Positions 21,870-31,874 are shown, counted from the first letter of the stretch. The stretch: 64,000 nt of DNA from an uncultured bacterium (GCA_963825135.1 CAWGRW010000009.1:2368001-2432000); one strand, 5' to 3'. Notes: generated from the sequence alone by a model not told the origin. Made by a program: numbers and translations.

Positions 21870-23597
21870 TTACTGCACGGATGCGGTCTGCACCTCTGAG
21901 GAAAACCTTATTATACCGTCGTAGATGCCGTCGGCTATCTCATTGATATAAGAGTCGGATTTGAGCCTCTGCTCGTCCCTCGGATTCGTGATGAATGCCG
22001 TTTCGACCAGTATGCTAGGTATATCCGCCCCTATCAGGACCACGAAAGGAGCCCTCTTTACGCCCTTGTCTTTCCCTGTCTGGTATTTCGCCGAAATATT
22101 GCTTACCACCGAATTCTGGACAAGACCCGCCAGCCGCTCCGATTCCTGTATCTTCGCGCTGAGCAGGTATTGTTTTAAGACCTTCGACATCTCCCCGCGC
22201 GAAATATTAGTAGTCGCGTTCTCACGGGCCGCGACCGCGAGAGACCTCTGGTCCTTGGTCAGGCTCAGGAAATACGTTTCTGTGCCGTACGCCTGCTTGT
22301 CACGGGCCGCGTTGCAGTGTATCGAAATGAAAAGGTCCGCCCCCTGTTTCTTTGCTATACCCGTCCTTTCCTCAAGCGGTATGAACGTGTCGCCGCTCCT
22401 CGTGAGGTATACGTTGGTGATTCCGTGCTTCTTCCCTTCCTTGTCGAGCTTTTCCTTAAGCGCCTTCGCTATGTTGAGCGTGACCTGTTTTTCCTTGAGT
22501 CCCGACGGTCCTATGGCCCCCGGATCGTGTCCGCCGTGCCCTGCGTCTATAACGACCGTCCTTATCTTGAGCCCGAGCGCTTCAGAGAGGCTCGATACCT
22601 TGTCCTCCGGCAGGTTTGCCTCGTATTTGTAATCCTCAGTGTTATTTTTTACCGCCACGTATTCATCGTGCGCTTTCGGATTCCCCTGTATGTCCATAAC
22701 GATCCTGAACGGGTCCTTCAAGGCAAACACCTTGTAGTCCTCAAAGCTCTTGATGTATAGAACGACCCTGACGCGGTCGCTCGTATTCCTCCCGAATTTT
22801 ATCTCCTCCAGGAGCCCTTTGGTGATGGGCTCGACATTAAGGCTCTTGTCGACCTTGGTGCCGTATATGTCTACCAGGAGGCGAGGGGGCTTCCCGTTCG
22901 CAGTGTCTTCCTTGAGGAACATAGATTTAAAAGGGGTCTCCTTATCGACGTAGATGACGACCCTCGTAAAATTGTCAGTAGACCAGTGTCGTATCTGGCT
23001 TACGCTCGCAAGCCCGCTCTGCGTCTCCGAGTCTGAAGCCCCGGCGGCCGTATCGGTTTGTGTTTCGGTTGTTTTAGTGGCGGGCTTGAAGGGCGATAGC
23101 TCCTGGGTCTTATTCCTCGCGATGGTCTTCATATCGCCGTTCGGGTAATCTTCGGTGATTTTTTCGTATTCTACGTAAGCACCGCTTTTACTATCCTTCT
23201 CGACTATTCTGGCGACCCTCAATTGAGCGTCGTCCGCGAGACTGCTTTCGGGGTATCTCTTTACGAAGAGCCTCGAATAATCGAGCGCTTTATCCAGGTC
23301 GTCCCTCGAGCCGAACCTTTCCCCCATTTCCTCATACATCTTGCCCGATATAAATAGTGAATTCGGGGCTTTGGAGCTGTCGGGGTAATTGGCGTAGATA
23401 CTGTAAAACGCCCTTGCGATGGTATCCCAAATCTCCTTATCGTTTACCTTTTTATCGTTTCCCGCGAGGGACTTATACAACTGGAACGTTTCAGCATATA
23501 ACTTCTCCCCCTTGTCATCGGCATAGGAGCCGTGTGGGAACATGGTAAGGACGAGTAAAAAGACTACGATCGCGGCAAATCGCGGTTTTCTGCTCAT
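21870..23597 (-). CDS. N-acetylmuramoyl-L-alanine amidase (TPR + AMIN + Amidase_3)
   Basis: Signal peptide; YP.S..ADDA TPR-like repeats; IDAGHGGHDPGAIG, LFISIHCNA, PSILVETAFITN. Confidence 0.93.
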   Translation of the reverse strand: MSRKPRFAAIVVFLLVLTMFPHGSYADDKGEKLYAETFQLYKSLAGNDKKVNDKEIWDTIARAFYSIYANYPDSSKAPNSLFISGKMYEEMGERFGSRDDLDKALDYSRLFVKRYPESSLADDAQLRVARIVEKDSKSGAYVEYEKITEDYPNGDMKTIARNKTQELSPFKPATKTTETQTDTAAGASDSETQSGLASVSQIRHWSTDNFTRVVIYVDKETPFKSMFLKEDTANGKPPRLLVDIYGTKVDKSLNVEPITKGLLEEIKFGRNTSDRVRVVLYIKSFEDYKVFALKDPFRIVMDIQGNPKAHDEYVAVKNNTEDYKYEANLPEDKVSSLSEALGLKIRTVVIDAGHGGHDPGAIGPSGLKEKQVTLNIAKALKEKLDKEGKKHGITNVYLTRSGDTFIPLEERTGIAKKQGADLFISIHCNAARDKQAYGTETYFLSLTKDQRSLAVAARENATTNISRGEMSKVLKQYLLSAKIQESERLAGLVQNSVVSNISAKYQTGKDKGVKRAPFVVLIGADIPSILVETAFITNPRDEQRLKSDSYINEIADGIYDGIIRFSSEVQTASVQ

Positions 23598-23608
23598 TTA
23601 GTACTCTA

Positions 23609-23637
23609 ATTATATTAGCTTAGGGGTCATTTGTAAA
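23609..23637 (-). promoter_or_regulatory. Sigma70-type promoter of the amidase gene
   Basis: TTTACA-N17-TATAAT, 11 nt before the ATG. Confidence 0.6.
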
Positions 23638-23736
23638 TGGTATATTATAAAGTACTTTAACATTTTACCGGATTTTCTTTCAATTTAAAAGGTAAATCTT
23701 TTGAAATGATTGATTCTTGATGATAAATTTCTAATG

Positions 23737-24504
23737 ATGAAGGTTATTATTCTGGGCTCCGCCACCTCGACAGGCGTACCTATAATCGGCTGCGGCTGCC
23801 CCGTCTGCACGTCGGCAAATCCCCGTAATAAAAGGACAAGGTGCTCGCTATTCGTCGAGGTTATGGGCGAGAATATCCTCATCGACACATCGACGGACCT
23901 TAGATGTCAGGCGCTCAGGCACGGTATTGCGAGGCTCGACGCAGTCCTCTACACACATTCCCACGCCGACCATACGCACGGTATAGACGAATTGAGGATT
24001 TACAACTTCGTGAACAAGAGCTCGATCCGGTGTTACGGGAATGCGCAAACTGTAGAGAATATTAAAGATAATTTCAAATATATCTTCGACGGCGTGGAAT
24101 CGGCCGGGGGAAAGCCCAAGCTCACTCTGTCTACAGTCTCCGGGGAATTCGATTTCGACGGCATAAAGATCACTCCGGTCGACGTATATCACGCGGACTG
24201 GACAATACTGGGCTACAGGATAGGCGGCATGGCATATCTCACCGACTGCAGCGGCATCCCCGATGGTCGTGGGATAAGCTCCGCGGCCTCGACGTGCTCA
24301 TCATCAGCGCGCTCAGGTACAAGCCCCATCCCGCCCACCTTAACGTGGAGCAGGCGGTCGAAGTCGCGCAAAGAGCTAAAACCCCGGCTCACCGTATTGA
24401 CGCATATGGGCCACGAGCTCGACTACGATACGCTTTCGAAAGAGCTCCCTGATTCCATTGTGCCCGCATACGACGGCATGGAGCTCGAGCTCCCCGAGCC
24501 CTGA
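23737..24504 (+). CDS. MBL-fold metallo-hydrolase (PhnP-like); two compensating frameshifts near 24265 and 24371
   Basis: [34 protein letters not shown]; shifted frame reads [31 protein letters not shown]. Confidence 0.9.
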   Translation: MKVIILGSATSTGVPIIGCGCPVCTSANPRNKRTRCSLFVEVMGENILIDTSTDLRCQALRHGIARLDAVLYTHSHADHTHGIDELRIYNFVNKSSIRCYGNAQTVENIKDNFKYIFDGVESAGGKPKLTLSTVSGEFDFDGIKITPVDVYHADWTILGYRIGGMAYLTDCSGIPDGRGISSAASTCSSSARSGTSPIPPTLTWSRRSKSRKELKPRLTVLTHMGHELDYDTLSKELPDSIVPAYDGMELELPEP

Positions 24505-24561
24505 CTTGATAACCCGCTCAGGTACTGGAAAATTGTTATATCTATTCCGAGAGGTGTGAGA

Positions 24562-25787
24562 ATGCAGGATGTGATAAGAAAAATTCTTCAGCCCAATGAT
24601 TCGAAGATCGTCCTCTGTGTGCTTGACGGCTTGGGAGGGCTTCCGAGAAACGGGAAGACCGAGCTTGAGGCGGCCTCGACGCCCAATCTCGACGAGCTCG
24701 CGAAACGCGGTGCGTGCGGTCAGCACCTCCCGGTCGCTATAGGAATCACGCCCGGAAGCGGAGCCGCTCACCTGGGTCTCTTCGGCTATGACCCGCTCAA
24801 ATATGAGATAGGACGCGGCGTTCTGGAGGCCCTCGGTCTCGGAATCGAGCTCACCCCGAACGACCTCGCGATAAGGGGCAACTTCGCCTCGGTCAGATAC
24901 GAAGGGGATACGCCATACGTCACAGACAGACGCGCCGGCAGGATTCCCACACAGGAGAATATAAGGATAGTCTCCCGCATCGCGGAAAAGGTCAAAGAGA
25001 TAGACGGCGTGAAGGTCTCCATAACCTCGGGCATGGAGCACAGGGTGGCTGTCGTATTCACGTTCCCCGAGCCCATTCCCGCGAGGACGGGGACGACATA
25101 CACGACACCGACCCCCAGCTAGAGGGAAAGAGCCCCCTCATACCAAAGGGGAATAACCCCAAGGCGGCCAGGGTCGCGAAGCTCGTAGAGAAGTTCATCA
25201 ATCAGGCCGCGAAGGTGATACGCGACGAGGAGAGGGCGAATTATCTCCTGCTGAGAGGGTTCGCCGTCCATCCGAACCTCACTTCATATAAGGACGCATA
25301 CGGTCTCGCCGCCGCCTGCATCGCGACATATCCGATGTACAGGGGCGTGGCGAAGTTAGTCGGCATGGACGTGCTTGAGGTCGAGGACATGACCATTAAA
25401 AGCGAGGTTGAGACGCTCAAGAGAGATTTCGGCAAGTACGACTTCTTCTATCTCCACGTAAAGAAGACCGACAGCTACGGGGAGGACGGGAATTTCGACG
25501 CGAAGGCCAAAGTGATCGAAGAGTTCGACAGCCTCGTTCCCGAAATCACGGCGCTTAAGCCGGACGTGATAGTCGTCACGGGGGACCATTCGACGCCGGC
25601 AATCATGAAATCCCATAGCTGGCATCCGGTGCCGATTCTCATAAGCTCGAAGTACGCGAGGGGAGGGGGGGCCGAGGGCTTCGGGGAGAGTGAGTGCAGC
25701 AGAGGAGAGCTCGGCACTTTCAGGGCTGTCGATTTGATGACGCTCATTCTCGCCCACTCCGGCAGGCTCCAGAAGTACGGCGCTTGA
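24562..25787 (+). CDS. apgM: 2,3-BPG-independent phosphoglycerate mutase (archaeal type), frameshift near 25082
   Basis: [35 protein letters not shown]; then [38 protein letters not shown]. Confidence 0.92.
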
Positions 25788-25811
25788 TTCCTGTTTTCTT
25801 TTCTTCTTTTG

Positions 25812-26044
25812 ATTCCCTCCTTAGAAAAAGGAGGATTTAACTTTTTGTCATTGCGAGGGAGCGCAGTATGCGAACGTGGCAATCTCATCTTTTAACCCGT
25901 TCGTCCTTGATTTTATTTCCCTCCCCCTTGAGGGGGGAGGGGTAGGGTGGGGGTGAAAAAGCCGTTCATGCTGCTTGTCCGGCGTAGCCTTGGCGAAGCC
26001 GGAAGCCTGTCGAAGAACAATTGCGAGCGAGTGAGCAATTGTTC
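25812..26044. repeat. Composite cluster of several REP-like palindromes
   Basis: Family B (25812-34), GTCATTGCGAG...GCAATCTC (25847-86), family A (25914-54), interrupted CCGTTCATGCTG|AGCCTGTCGAAG (25962-26015), GAACAATTGC-N10-GCAATTGTTC (26015-44). Confidence 0.7.
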
Positions 26045-26182
26045 ACCCTTGCTAACCTTGTATCGAAGATTATTGAAACGGCTAATGATATGTCCGCGGC
26101 GACTCGCCGCCCCTTGAAATCTCTCCCCTTTGTGCTAATTTATCTTTTCCCTCGTGTTTATGCTAGGCTTTAACTGACGAGT

Positions 26183-26268
26183 GCCGAAGTGGCGGAACTG
26201 GCAGACGCGCCATCTTGAGGGGGTGGTGCCTTCCGGGCGTGCGGGTTCGACTCCCGCCTTCGGCACCA
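26183..26268 (+). tRNA. tRNA-Leu(GAG)
   Basis: Acceptor GCCGAAG/CTTCGGC + ACCA; anticodon arm CCATC-TTGAGGG-GGTGG; long variable arm; GGTTCGACTCC. Confidence 0.97.
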
Positions 26269-26357
26269 TTCTTACTAACTTTTTCAGATCGTTGTATTCT
26301 TTCCGACACTTCGCTATAATCGCAGCTAGTACACATCTAAAGTGCGGGGGTAACAGC

Positions 26358-26771
26358 ATGTTCAGATCGTTATTCATGGTTATAGCGGTGCTCTGTTTTA
26401 TTTCCTTTTTATCGGCTCAGGATTCCTTTTCACAACAAGCAAAGCCAATGAAATATCTCGTTACGGGAACAGGCGGACCGGCTTCCGTTTCCCCGGCGGA
26501 CATGACAGCCATACTTCAGAATGTCGTCCTTCCGACGTTCGATCAGCTGATTAAGCTGGAGCAGGAAGGAAAGATCACAGGGGGCGTGCCGGTCGGTGAC
26601 CGTGCTTTTGTGTTCATTGTGGAAGCCTCGTCCAACGATGAAGTGGATAAGCTGTTGCGCTCTCTTCCCATCTGGGGCGTGTTGAAGTGGAAAGTCGTAC
26701 CTCTTCAGACCTTTGAAGGGCGCGCAGCTGTGGAGCGTAAAATAGTCGAGGGTTCCAAGAAAGCAGAATAA
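26358..26771 (+). CDS. Muconolactone-isomerase/DUF3303-like small protein with apparent signal peptide
   Basis: KLEQEGKI..G...G.RAFVFIVEASSNDEVDKLLRSLPIW....WKVVPL; the track start (26181) lies in the tRNA and was moved. Confidence 0.65.
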   Translation: MFRSLFMVIAVLCFISFLSAQDSFSQQAKPMKYLVTGTGGPASVSPADMTAILQNVVLPTFDQLIKLEQEGKITGGVPVGDRAFVFIVEASSNDEVDKLLRSLPIWGVLKWKVVPLQTFEGRAAVERKIVEGSKKAE

Positions 26772-26911
26772 TAAGGAAGCTACCTATTAACCAAGCTCTA
26801 AAAACCTTCTCTACGGTAGAATTCCATTTATTTCGGCTTCACATCCCCTTAACATTTCTTCTTTATAATCGGTGATTCTAATTTTATAATTAGCGTGAAG
26901 GAGAGACACGA

Positions 26912-27154
26912 ATGGACCCGAATTCCGGAGCTAAACGCCTGATGGGCTATGCGTTTCTTGTGGTCTTCGCCAATGACGATACGATAAGCGCGGGCGAGCT
27001 TCACATGCTTGAGAAGATCGCGCTTGAGGACGGAGTTATCGACGAGGACGAGAAAAGGATTTTAAAGAAAATATTTTCCCGCGTTACCAAGGAGCAGCTT
27101 GCCGATGCCGTCTGGAGCGAGATCTCCAAATTCCGGGAGGATAACGGTATCTAA
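26912..27154 (+). CDS. Small hypothetical protein (TerB-like or EF-hand-like acidic repeats)
   Basis: AAGGAG SD; DDTISAGEL and DGVIDEDEK repeats. Confidence 0.7.
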   Translation: MDPNSGAKRLMGYAFLVVFANDDTISAGELHMLEKIALEDGVIDEDEKRILKKIFSRVTKEQLADAVWSEISKFREDNGI

Positions 27155-27394
27155 CCTTATCTGCTGAAACCTGTTCTCACCCGTTCGTCCATCGGCGCGG
27201 AATCTGCGCTCATATGCAAATTCTCCTTTACTCCCTGAGCGTACCGGCACTTTAAAGTCCTGATTACTTTTTATACAAAATGTATAGCTTTTAACAGCCA
27301 GGTCTGATGCCTGACGTTCAACCGAATGAATTGAATAAAGATTAGTTGTGTGGTTGTGGATGGTTAGGAATTTCAAGTCCAGCAGATTAACATT

Positions 27395-27409
27395 TGGTAC
27401 GTAAATTGC
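27395..27409 (+). promoter_or_regulatory. Sigma54 (-24/-12) promoter
   Basis: TGGTACG-TAAA-TTGC; GG-N10-GC spacing exact, one mismatch to consensus. Confidence 0.65.
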
Positions 27410-27547
27410 GACATATATCCATTGTTCGAATAGTCTGATGAGTGTGCAGCGGGCGCTCAATTTGCGTAAACACCCATCAGTATATAAAATAAAGATAAAA
27501 GCCGTAATACCCGTCATACACCACAACACGACATGTAGGGAGAAGTC

Positions 27548-29716
27548 ATGGAAGTGAAGGTAAAGAAGAAATCTATGAGGGAAATAAAGGCGGGCCTGCC
27601 CGGGGTTGTAAGGGAGGAGCTCGACCTTTTCGACAGCCAGATTCAGGACTACCTGTCGGGGCTTACGGGTGACATAAAATTCCAGAAGATACGCCTCCAG
27701 CTGGGGACTTACGCACAGCGCCAGGAAGGGGTCCAGATGCAGCGCATCAAAATACCGTTCGGAGGGCTCAGCTCCGACCAGCTGAGGAGGCTTGCGGAAG
27801 TTTCCGATAAATATGCGAGCGGGTTCATGCACTTGACGACGAGACAGGACGTACAGCTCTATTACATCAAGCTCGATACCGTGCCCAACATGATGCGGGA
27901 GCTCGCGGACGCCGGCATCACTACGCGCGAGGCCTGCGGAAACACCGTCAGGAACGTAACCGCCTGCCATCAGTCGGGCGTCTCTCCCACAGAGACCTTC
28001 GACGTCACTCCCTACGCGGAAGCCTTCAAGAATTTCATGCTGAGGAACCCGATATGCCAGAATATGGGGAGGAAGTTCAAGGTATGCTTCGAGGGCTGCC
28101 AGGATATAGATCACGCAGGGGTCAGGATACACGACCTCGGGTTCCGCGCGCGGGTCAGGATGATCGACGGCGAGCTCAAACGCGGTTTTCAGGTCCACGT
28201 GGGCGGCGGGCTCGGGGCTTCCCCTTCGCTCGGCCAACTGTGGACTGAATTCATGCCCGTCGAGGACATGATACCCTTCTCCGCGGCCGTAGTACGCATA
28301 TTCGACCGTTACGGAGAGCGCAAGGTTCGTATGAAGGCCCGTATGAAATTCCTCGTCAGGAGCCTCGGCTGGGACGAATTCAAAAAGAGGGTGGAAGAAG
28401 AATGGCTGAATCTCAAAGTGGAGCCCTCATGGAATAATTATCTGAGCGATATAAGAGAAGACTACTCGCCGCCCGATAACGCAGGCTCGATACCGCCTGC
28501 TCCGGAAGGAACGGAATCGGACCCGGATTATATTAAATGGAAAGAATCCTGCGTCCTCCCCCATGCGAGAGAGGATTACGCAATGGTCAATGTCAGGATT
28601 CATCTTGGCGATCTCAAGTCGGAGAAGGCTAGAACTCTCGCCGACATTGCGGACGTGTATTCGGCAGGCGAGATACGCATTTCCATACTCCAGAATTTAA
28701 TACTGCGCTGGGTCCCGAAACACGCCCTCCCGTCGTTATACGCGGCGCTCAAGGAAGCGGACCTTGCCTACACGGGAGCCGATACTTTCGGAGACATAAC
28801 CGCTTGCCCGGGGGCCGATACGTGCCGTCTCGGTATAACGTCCGCCAAGGGCTTGGCCGACCACCTCACCGGAGGGATGAGCAACGGGCTTGGCGAATTC
28901 AAAGAGCTCACGAAGGACCTCAAGATAAAAATATCCGGCTGCCCGAATGCGTGCGCCCAGCACGTTACGGCCAGCATCGGCTTCCAGGGTGCATCGCTCT
29001 CGAAGGACGGGCGGAACGTCCCGGCCGAGCAGGTATTCATCGGCGGCGGTTTATACGGCGACGAAACCCGACTTGCGACCTCGATGATAAAGGTCCCGAC
29101 CAGGAACGCGCCCAAGCTCGTAAAGAGGCTTCTCGAAATCTACCGGGACGAGAGGGAGGGCGGGGAGCACTTCGACCTCGTGATGGAGAGGCTCGGGAGG
29201 GACCGCATAAAGGACGAAATAAATCACTTTACTGAAATTCCCTCGTTCGAGGAAGACCCCTCTTTCTACGACGACTGGGGGCATGAAGAAGAAAAATTCG
29301 AGCTCCAGAAGGGCATGAAAGGGGAATGCGCGGGCGCGACGGTCGAAGAGAAGATACCGACCTTCGCGGATGCCAGGAAGCGTATTCAGCAGGCCGAGGC
29401 CCTGCTCGCTCACGGGGAGGTTGCGGCGTCTATGATGGAATCGTATCATTCGTGTTCCGCAAGCGCCCACGTCCCGCTCTATACCAAGCTCGTCGATCCC
29501 TTCACCCCGGAGCAGACCATGTGGGAGTTCGAGAACCTGCTCGTAAGGACGGGCGAAGCCGACGGAAGGTGGGTGGACATCTCGTCTTCCCTGAGGGATA
29601 AACTGGCGCAGGAGCCTTCGGAGGAGCTCGCCGCGGAAATGCTGTCGATAGCGAAGGATTTATACGCCGAGTGCGAGAGGCTACAGTCGGTGCTGACGCA
29701 GTCAGTCAAGAATTAA
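27548..29716 (+). CDS. Siroheme/[4Fe-4S] nitrite/sulfite reductase with C-terminal helical extension
   Basis: HLTTRQDVQ, REACGNTVRN, ACPGADTCRLG, KISGCPNACAQH. Confidence 0.93.
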   Translation: MEVKVKKKSMREIKAGLPGVVREELDLFDSQIQDYLSGLTGDIKFQKIRLQLGTYAQRQEGVQMQRIKIPFGGLSSDQLRRLAEVSDKYASGFMHLTTRQDVQLYYIKLDTVPNMMRELADAGITTREACGNTVRNVTACHQSGVSPTETFDVTPYAEAFKNFMLRNPICQNMGRKFKVCFEGCQDIDHAGVRIHDLGFRARVRMIDGELKRGFQVHVGGGLGASPSLGQLWTEFMPVEDMIPFSAAVVRIFDRYGERKVRMKARMKFLVRSLGWDEFKKRVEEEWLNLKVEPSWNNYLSDIREDYSPPDNAGSIPPAPEGTESDPDYIKWKESCVLPHAREDYAMVNVRIHLGDLKSEKARTLADIADVYSAGEIRISILQNLILRWVPKHALPSLYAALKEADLAYTGADTFGDITACPGADTCRLGITSAKGLADHLTGGMSNGLGEFKELTKDLKIKISGCPNACAQHVTASIGFQGASLSKDGRNVPAEQVFIGGGLYGDETRLATSMIKVPTRNAPKLVKRLLEIYRDEREGGEHFDLVMERLGRDRIKDEINHFTEIPSFEEDPSFYDDWGHEEEKFELQKGMKGECAGATVEEKIPTFADARKRIQQAEALLAHGEVAASMMESYHSCSASAHVPLYTKLVDPFTPEQTMWEFENLLVRTGEADGRWVDISSSLRDKLAQEPSEELAAEMLSIAKDLYAECERLQSVLTQSVKN

Positions 29717-29754
29717 CGGCGTCCGCCCCCGGCTTTGAGCAGGGAGAATTGGCT

Positions 29755-29967
29755 ATGTATGTGCCGGGTACGAAATTCAAGGTAGTGCTCAAAATAAAAG
29801 TTGGAGAGCAGGTCTTTGAACCCGGACTTACAGGCGAGATCGTCGGCAGCGCGAACAAAATGGTCGGAAAATCTTACAAGGTCAGGTTCGAGGACGGCAG
29901 GACCGCCGAAATCCACATGGTGATCATGAACAACCAGACGCAGGTCTTGAAGGACAGCTTGAATTGA
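29755..29967 (+). CDS. Small SH3-like beta-barrel protein
   Basis: GGGAGA SD; PGTKFKV...PGLTGEIV...YKVRFEDG. Confidence 0.65.
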   Translation: MYVPGTKFKVVLKIKVGEQVFEPGLTGEIVGSANKMVGKSYKVRFEDGRTAEIHMVIMNNQTQVLKDSLN

Positions 29968-30110
29968 GATACCTGCATTTTCGCGCGACAGACTGCGCGC
30001 GAGATACTCTTTGATAACTGTTCTAATCTTCCCGAAGAAAAATCATGGAAGCAAACAGGCCGGGCTTTAGAAATCTACAGCGGGGTAACACGGGTATTAT
30101 TTTGCATCCG

Positions 30111-31874
30111 TCACTGCCACGTCCATTTTTCCGATCCCGACTGGAGCAGCGCGTTTTGGAGCACCTGATCGAGTCCGTATATATCCTTATGGAAGCTCAC
30201 TGTACCGTCACTATTAGCCCATGCCGTGAAGTATAAAATATAAACCGGCACAGGGACGGGCAGATCGACGGTCTGGGTTGTCCCCCTGTTAATTGCCGAT
30301 TGGATCTTTGCTTCGGTCCAACTCGGGTCCGAAGACAGGACGAATTCGGCCAGGTCCACGGGCTTTTCCACCCTTATGCACCCATGGCTGAAATTCCTCT
30401 GAGACCTCTGGAAATATCCCCTGTTCGGCGTATCGTGGAGGTATACCGAGTACTTGTTGGGAAAAAGGAATTTCACCCTGCCTAACGGATTTGAGGGTCC
30501 CGGGTTCTGACGGAGCTTATAGTTGCCTGAAAGCACCTTGGACAGGTACTCCTCCTTGGCCGAGGCGATCTCGGTTTCATCCAGACTATCCGTCTCCTCC
30601 ATTTCGAGCCCCAGAGCCTGTATGTTACGGTTCGCCATGTAATCAGGGTCCGATTTAATCAGCGGAGCTATGTCGTCCTTGAAAATGCTGGGCGGAATAT
30701 TCCAGTATGGGTTAAGTACTATATGAGTCATCTGCTCGCTGAAAATAGGCGTATTCCACTTGGGCTTGCCTACCACGATTCTCATGCTTATGGCGTCTTT
30801 ATTATTTTCTACCGCGTAGAGGTGATAGTTTGCGATGTTCACGAGCACGAATTTGCTTCCCATATCCTGCGGCAGCATGCGCCAGCGCTCCATCGTGAGC
30901 ACAATCTGTTTTACCCGCTCGCCGGCCGGGACGTTTAGGGATTCAACTGTGGAATCCCCCGCGACGCCGTCCAGATACAATCCGTTCGTGTCCTGGTATT
31001 TCCTCACGGCCTGCTCGAGGGTTTCGTCGAAGACGTCGTTCCCCAGGGCGGAACTGTCCAGCTCTCCCGTCACGACGAGCCTTTCTTTAAGCGCCGTGAC
31101 CCTCTCGCCGCGTGCGCCTTTCCTCAGTTTCGGTCCTTCGGGTATCTGCTTCCACCCGCCTTCGGCCTCATATTGCCTATATTCCGCGAGCGCGGTCCTC
31201 AGTCTCGCGTACACGGGGTACTTGGGCAGTAACGCTGCGAGCGTATCGTCGATCTTGTTTTCATTTACGGCTGAGATAAGCAGCCCGTTCAGGTCCACGG
31301 GCTTCTCTCCGAATACGAGCTCGAGGTCTATTTTCTCGGGGCTTATCTGTCCGTAAAGAAGGTCGCCCGCGTATTTAAGGAAAGAGTTGGAAAGCAGTAT
31401 GTCGAGCTCTGCCAGTAATTCGGGCGATGGCAATTTACCGGTCACTGCCTTTATCCTCGAAAGCGTGTAATTGATCTCTTTAATGTTGTAGTTGTCTGGG
31501 TTCAGGCCTTCCGTGTAGCTGTTTTGAATGGCCTCCACCATTTCGGAGCACTCGGGCTTGGGACCGTTATCTCCGACCCAGATCGGCTGGTAATTCAGGT
31601 TCTGATATAAGGCGGGCAATGAGCTGTAGAATTTTACGGTGTTGTTATCGATGACTATGGATTTAGGGGTCTGCGGACTATCAACTCTCTGTCTTATGAT
31701 TCCGCTGACAAGACTGAGCAGAGTCTCCGGGGACTGAGGAGACGAAACACCGGTATTGCCGGAGGTTTTCTCCTGCCCCGGCTGGATACAGCCCAACATA
31801 ATCGCGCCCGAAAGTGCGAACACAACCGCGACTGCCGCCAGTCTTTTCCCTCTGAACACCGACATATTTTTCAT
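30111..31874 (-). CDS. L,D-transpeptidase (YcbB/LdtD-like), lipoprotein
   Basis: Lipobox MLGC; PG-binding domain; VVGKP..TP, NPYWNIP, NPLGRVKFLFPN, YLHDTP, SHGCIRV. Confidence 0.93.
   Translation of the reverse strand: MKNMSVFRGKRLAAVAVVFALSGAIMLGCIQPGQEKTSGNTGVSSPQSPETLLSLVSGIIRQRVDSPQTPKSIVIDNNTVKFYSSLPALYQNLNYQPIWVGDNGPKPECSEMVEAIQNSYTEGLNPDNYNIKEINYTLSRIKAVTGKLPSPELLAELDILLSNSFLKYAGDLLYGQISPEKIDLELVFGEKPVDLNGLLISAVNENKIDDTLAALLPKYPVYARLRTALAEYRQYEAEGGWKQIPEGPKLRKGARGERVTALKERLVVTGELDSSALGNDVFDETLEQAVRKYQDTNGLYLDGVAGDSTVESLNVPAGERVKQIVLTMERWRMLPQDMGSKFVLVNIANYHLYAVENNKDAISMRIVVGKPKWNTPIFSEQMTHIVLNPYWNIPPSIFKDDIAPLIKSDPDYMANRNIQALGLEMEETDSLDETEIASAKEEYLSKVLSGNYKLRQNPGPSNPLGRVKFLFPNKYSVYLHDTPNRGYFQRSQRNFSHGCIRVEKPVDLAEFVLSSDPSWTEAKIQSAINRGTTQTVDLPVPVPVYILYFTAWANSDGTVSFHKDIYGLDQVLQNALLQSGSEKWTWQ

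Noticed and set aside
26181..26357. 5' extension of the 196-aa ORF
   Set aside because: Overlaps tRNA-Leu; the plausible start is ATG 26358
26183..27200. Integrative element at tRNA-Leu
   Set aside because: No integrase follows and I found no duplicate of the tRNA 3' end in the window
27435..27475. Hammerhead ribozyme suggested by CTGATGA
   Set aside because: No GAAA core or stem arrangement downstream
27062..28237. 391-aa minus-strand ORF and many similar antisense ORFs
   Set aside because: Shadow frames of well-supported genes with no recognisable motifs
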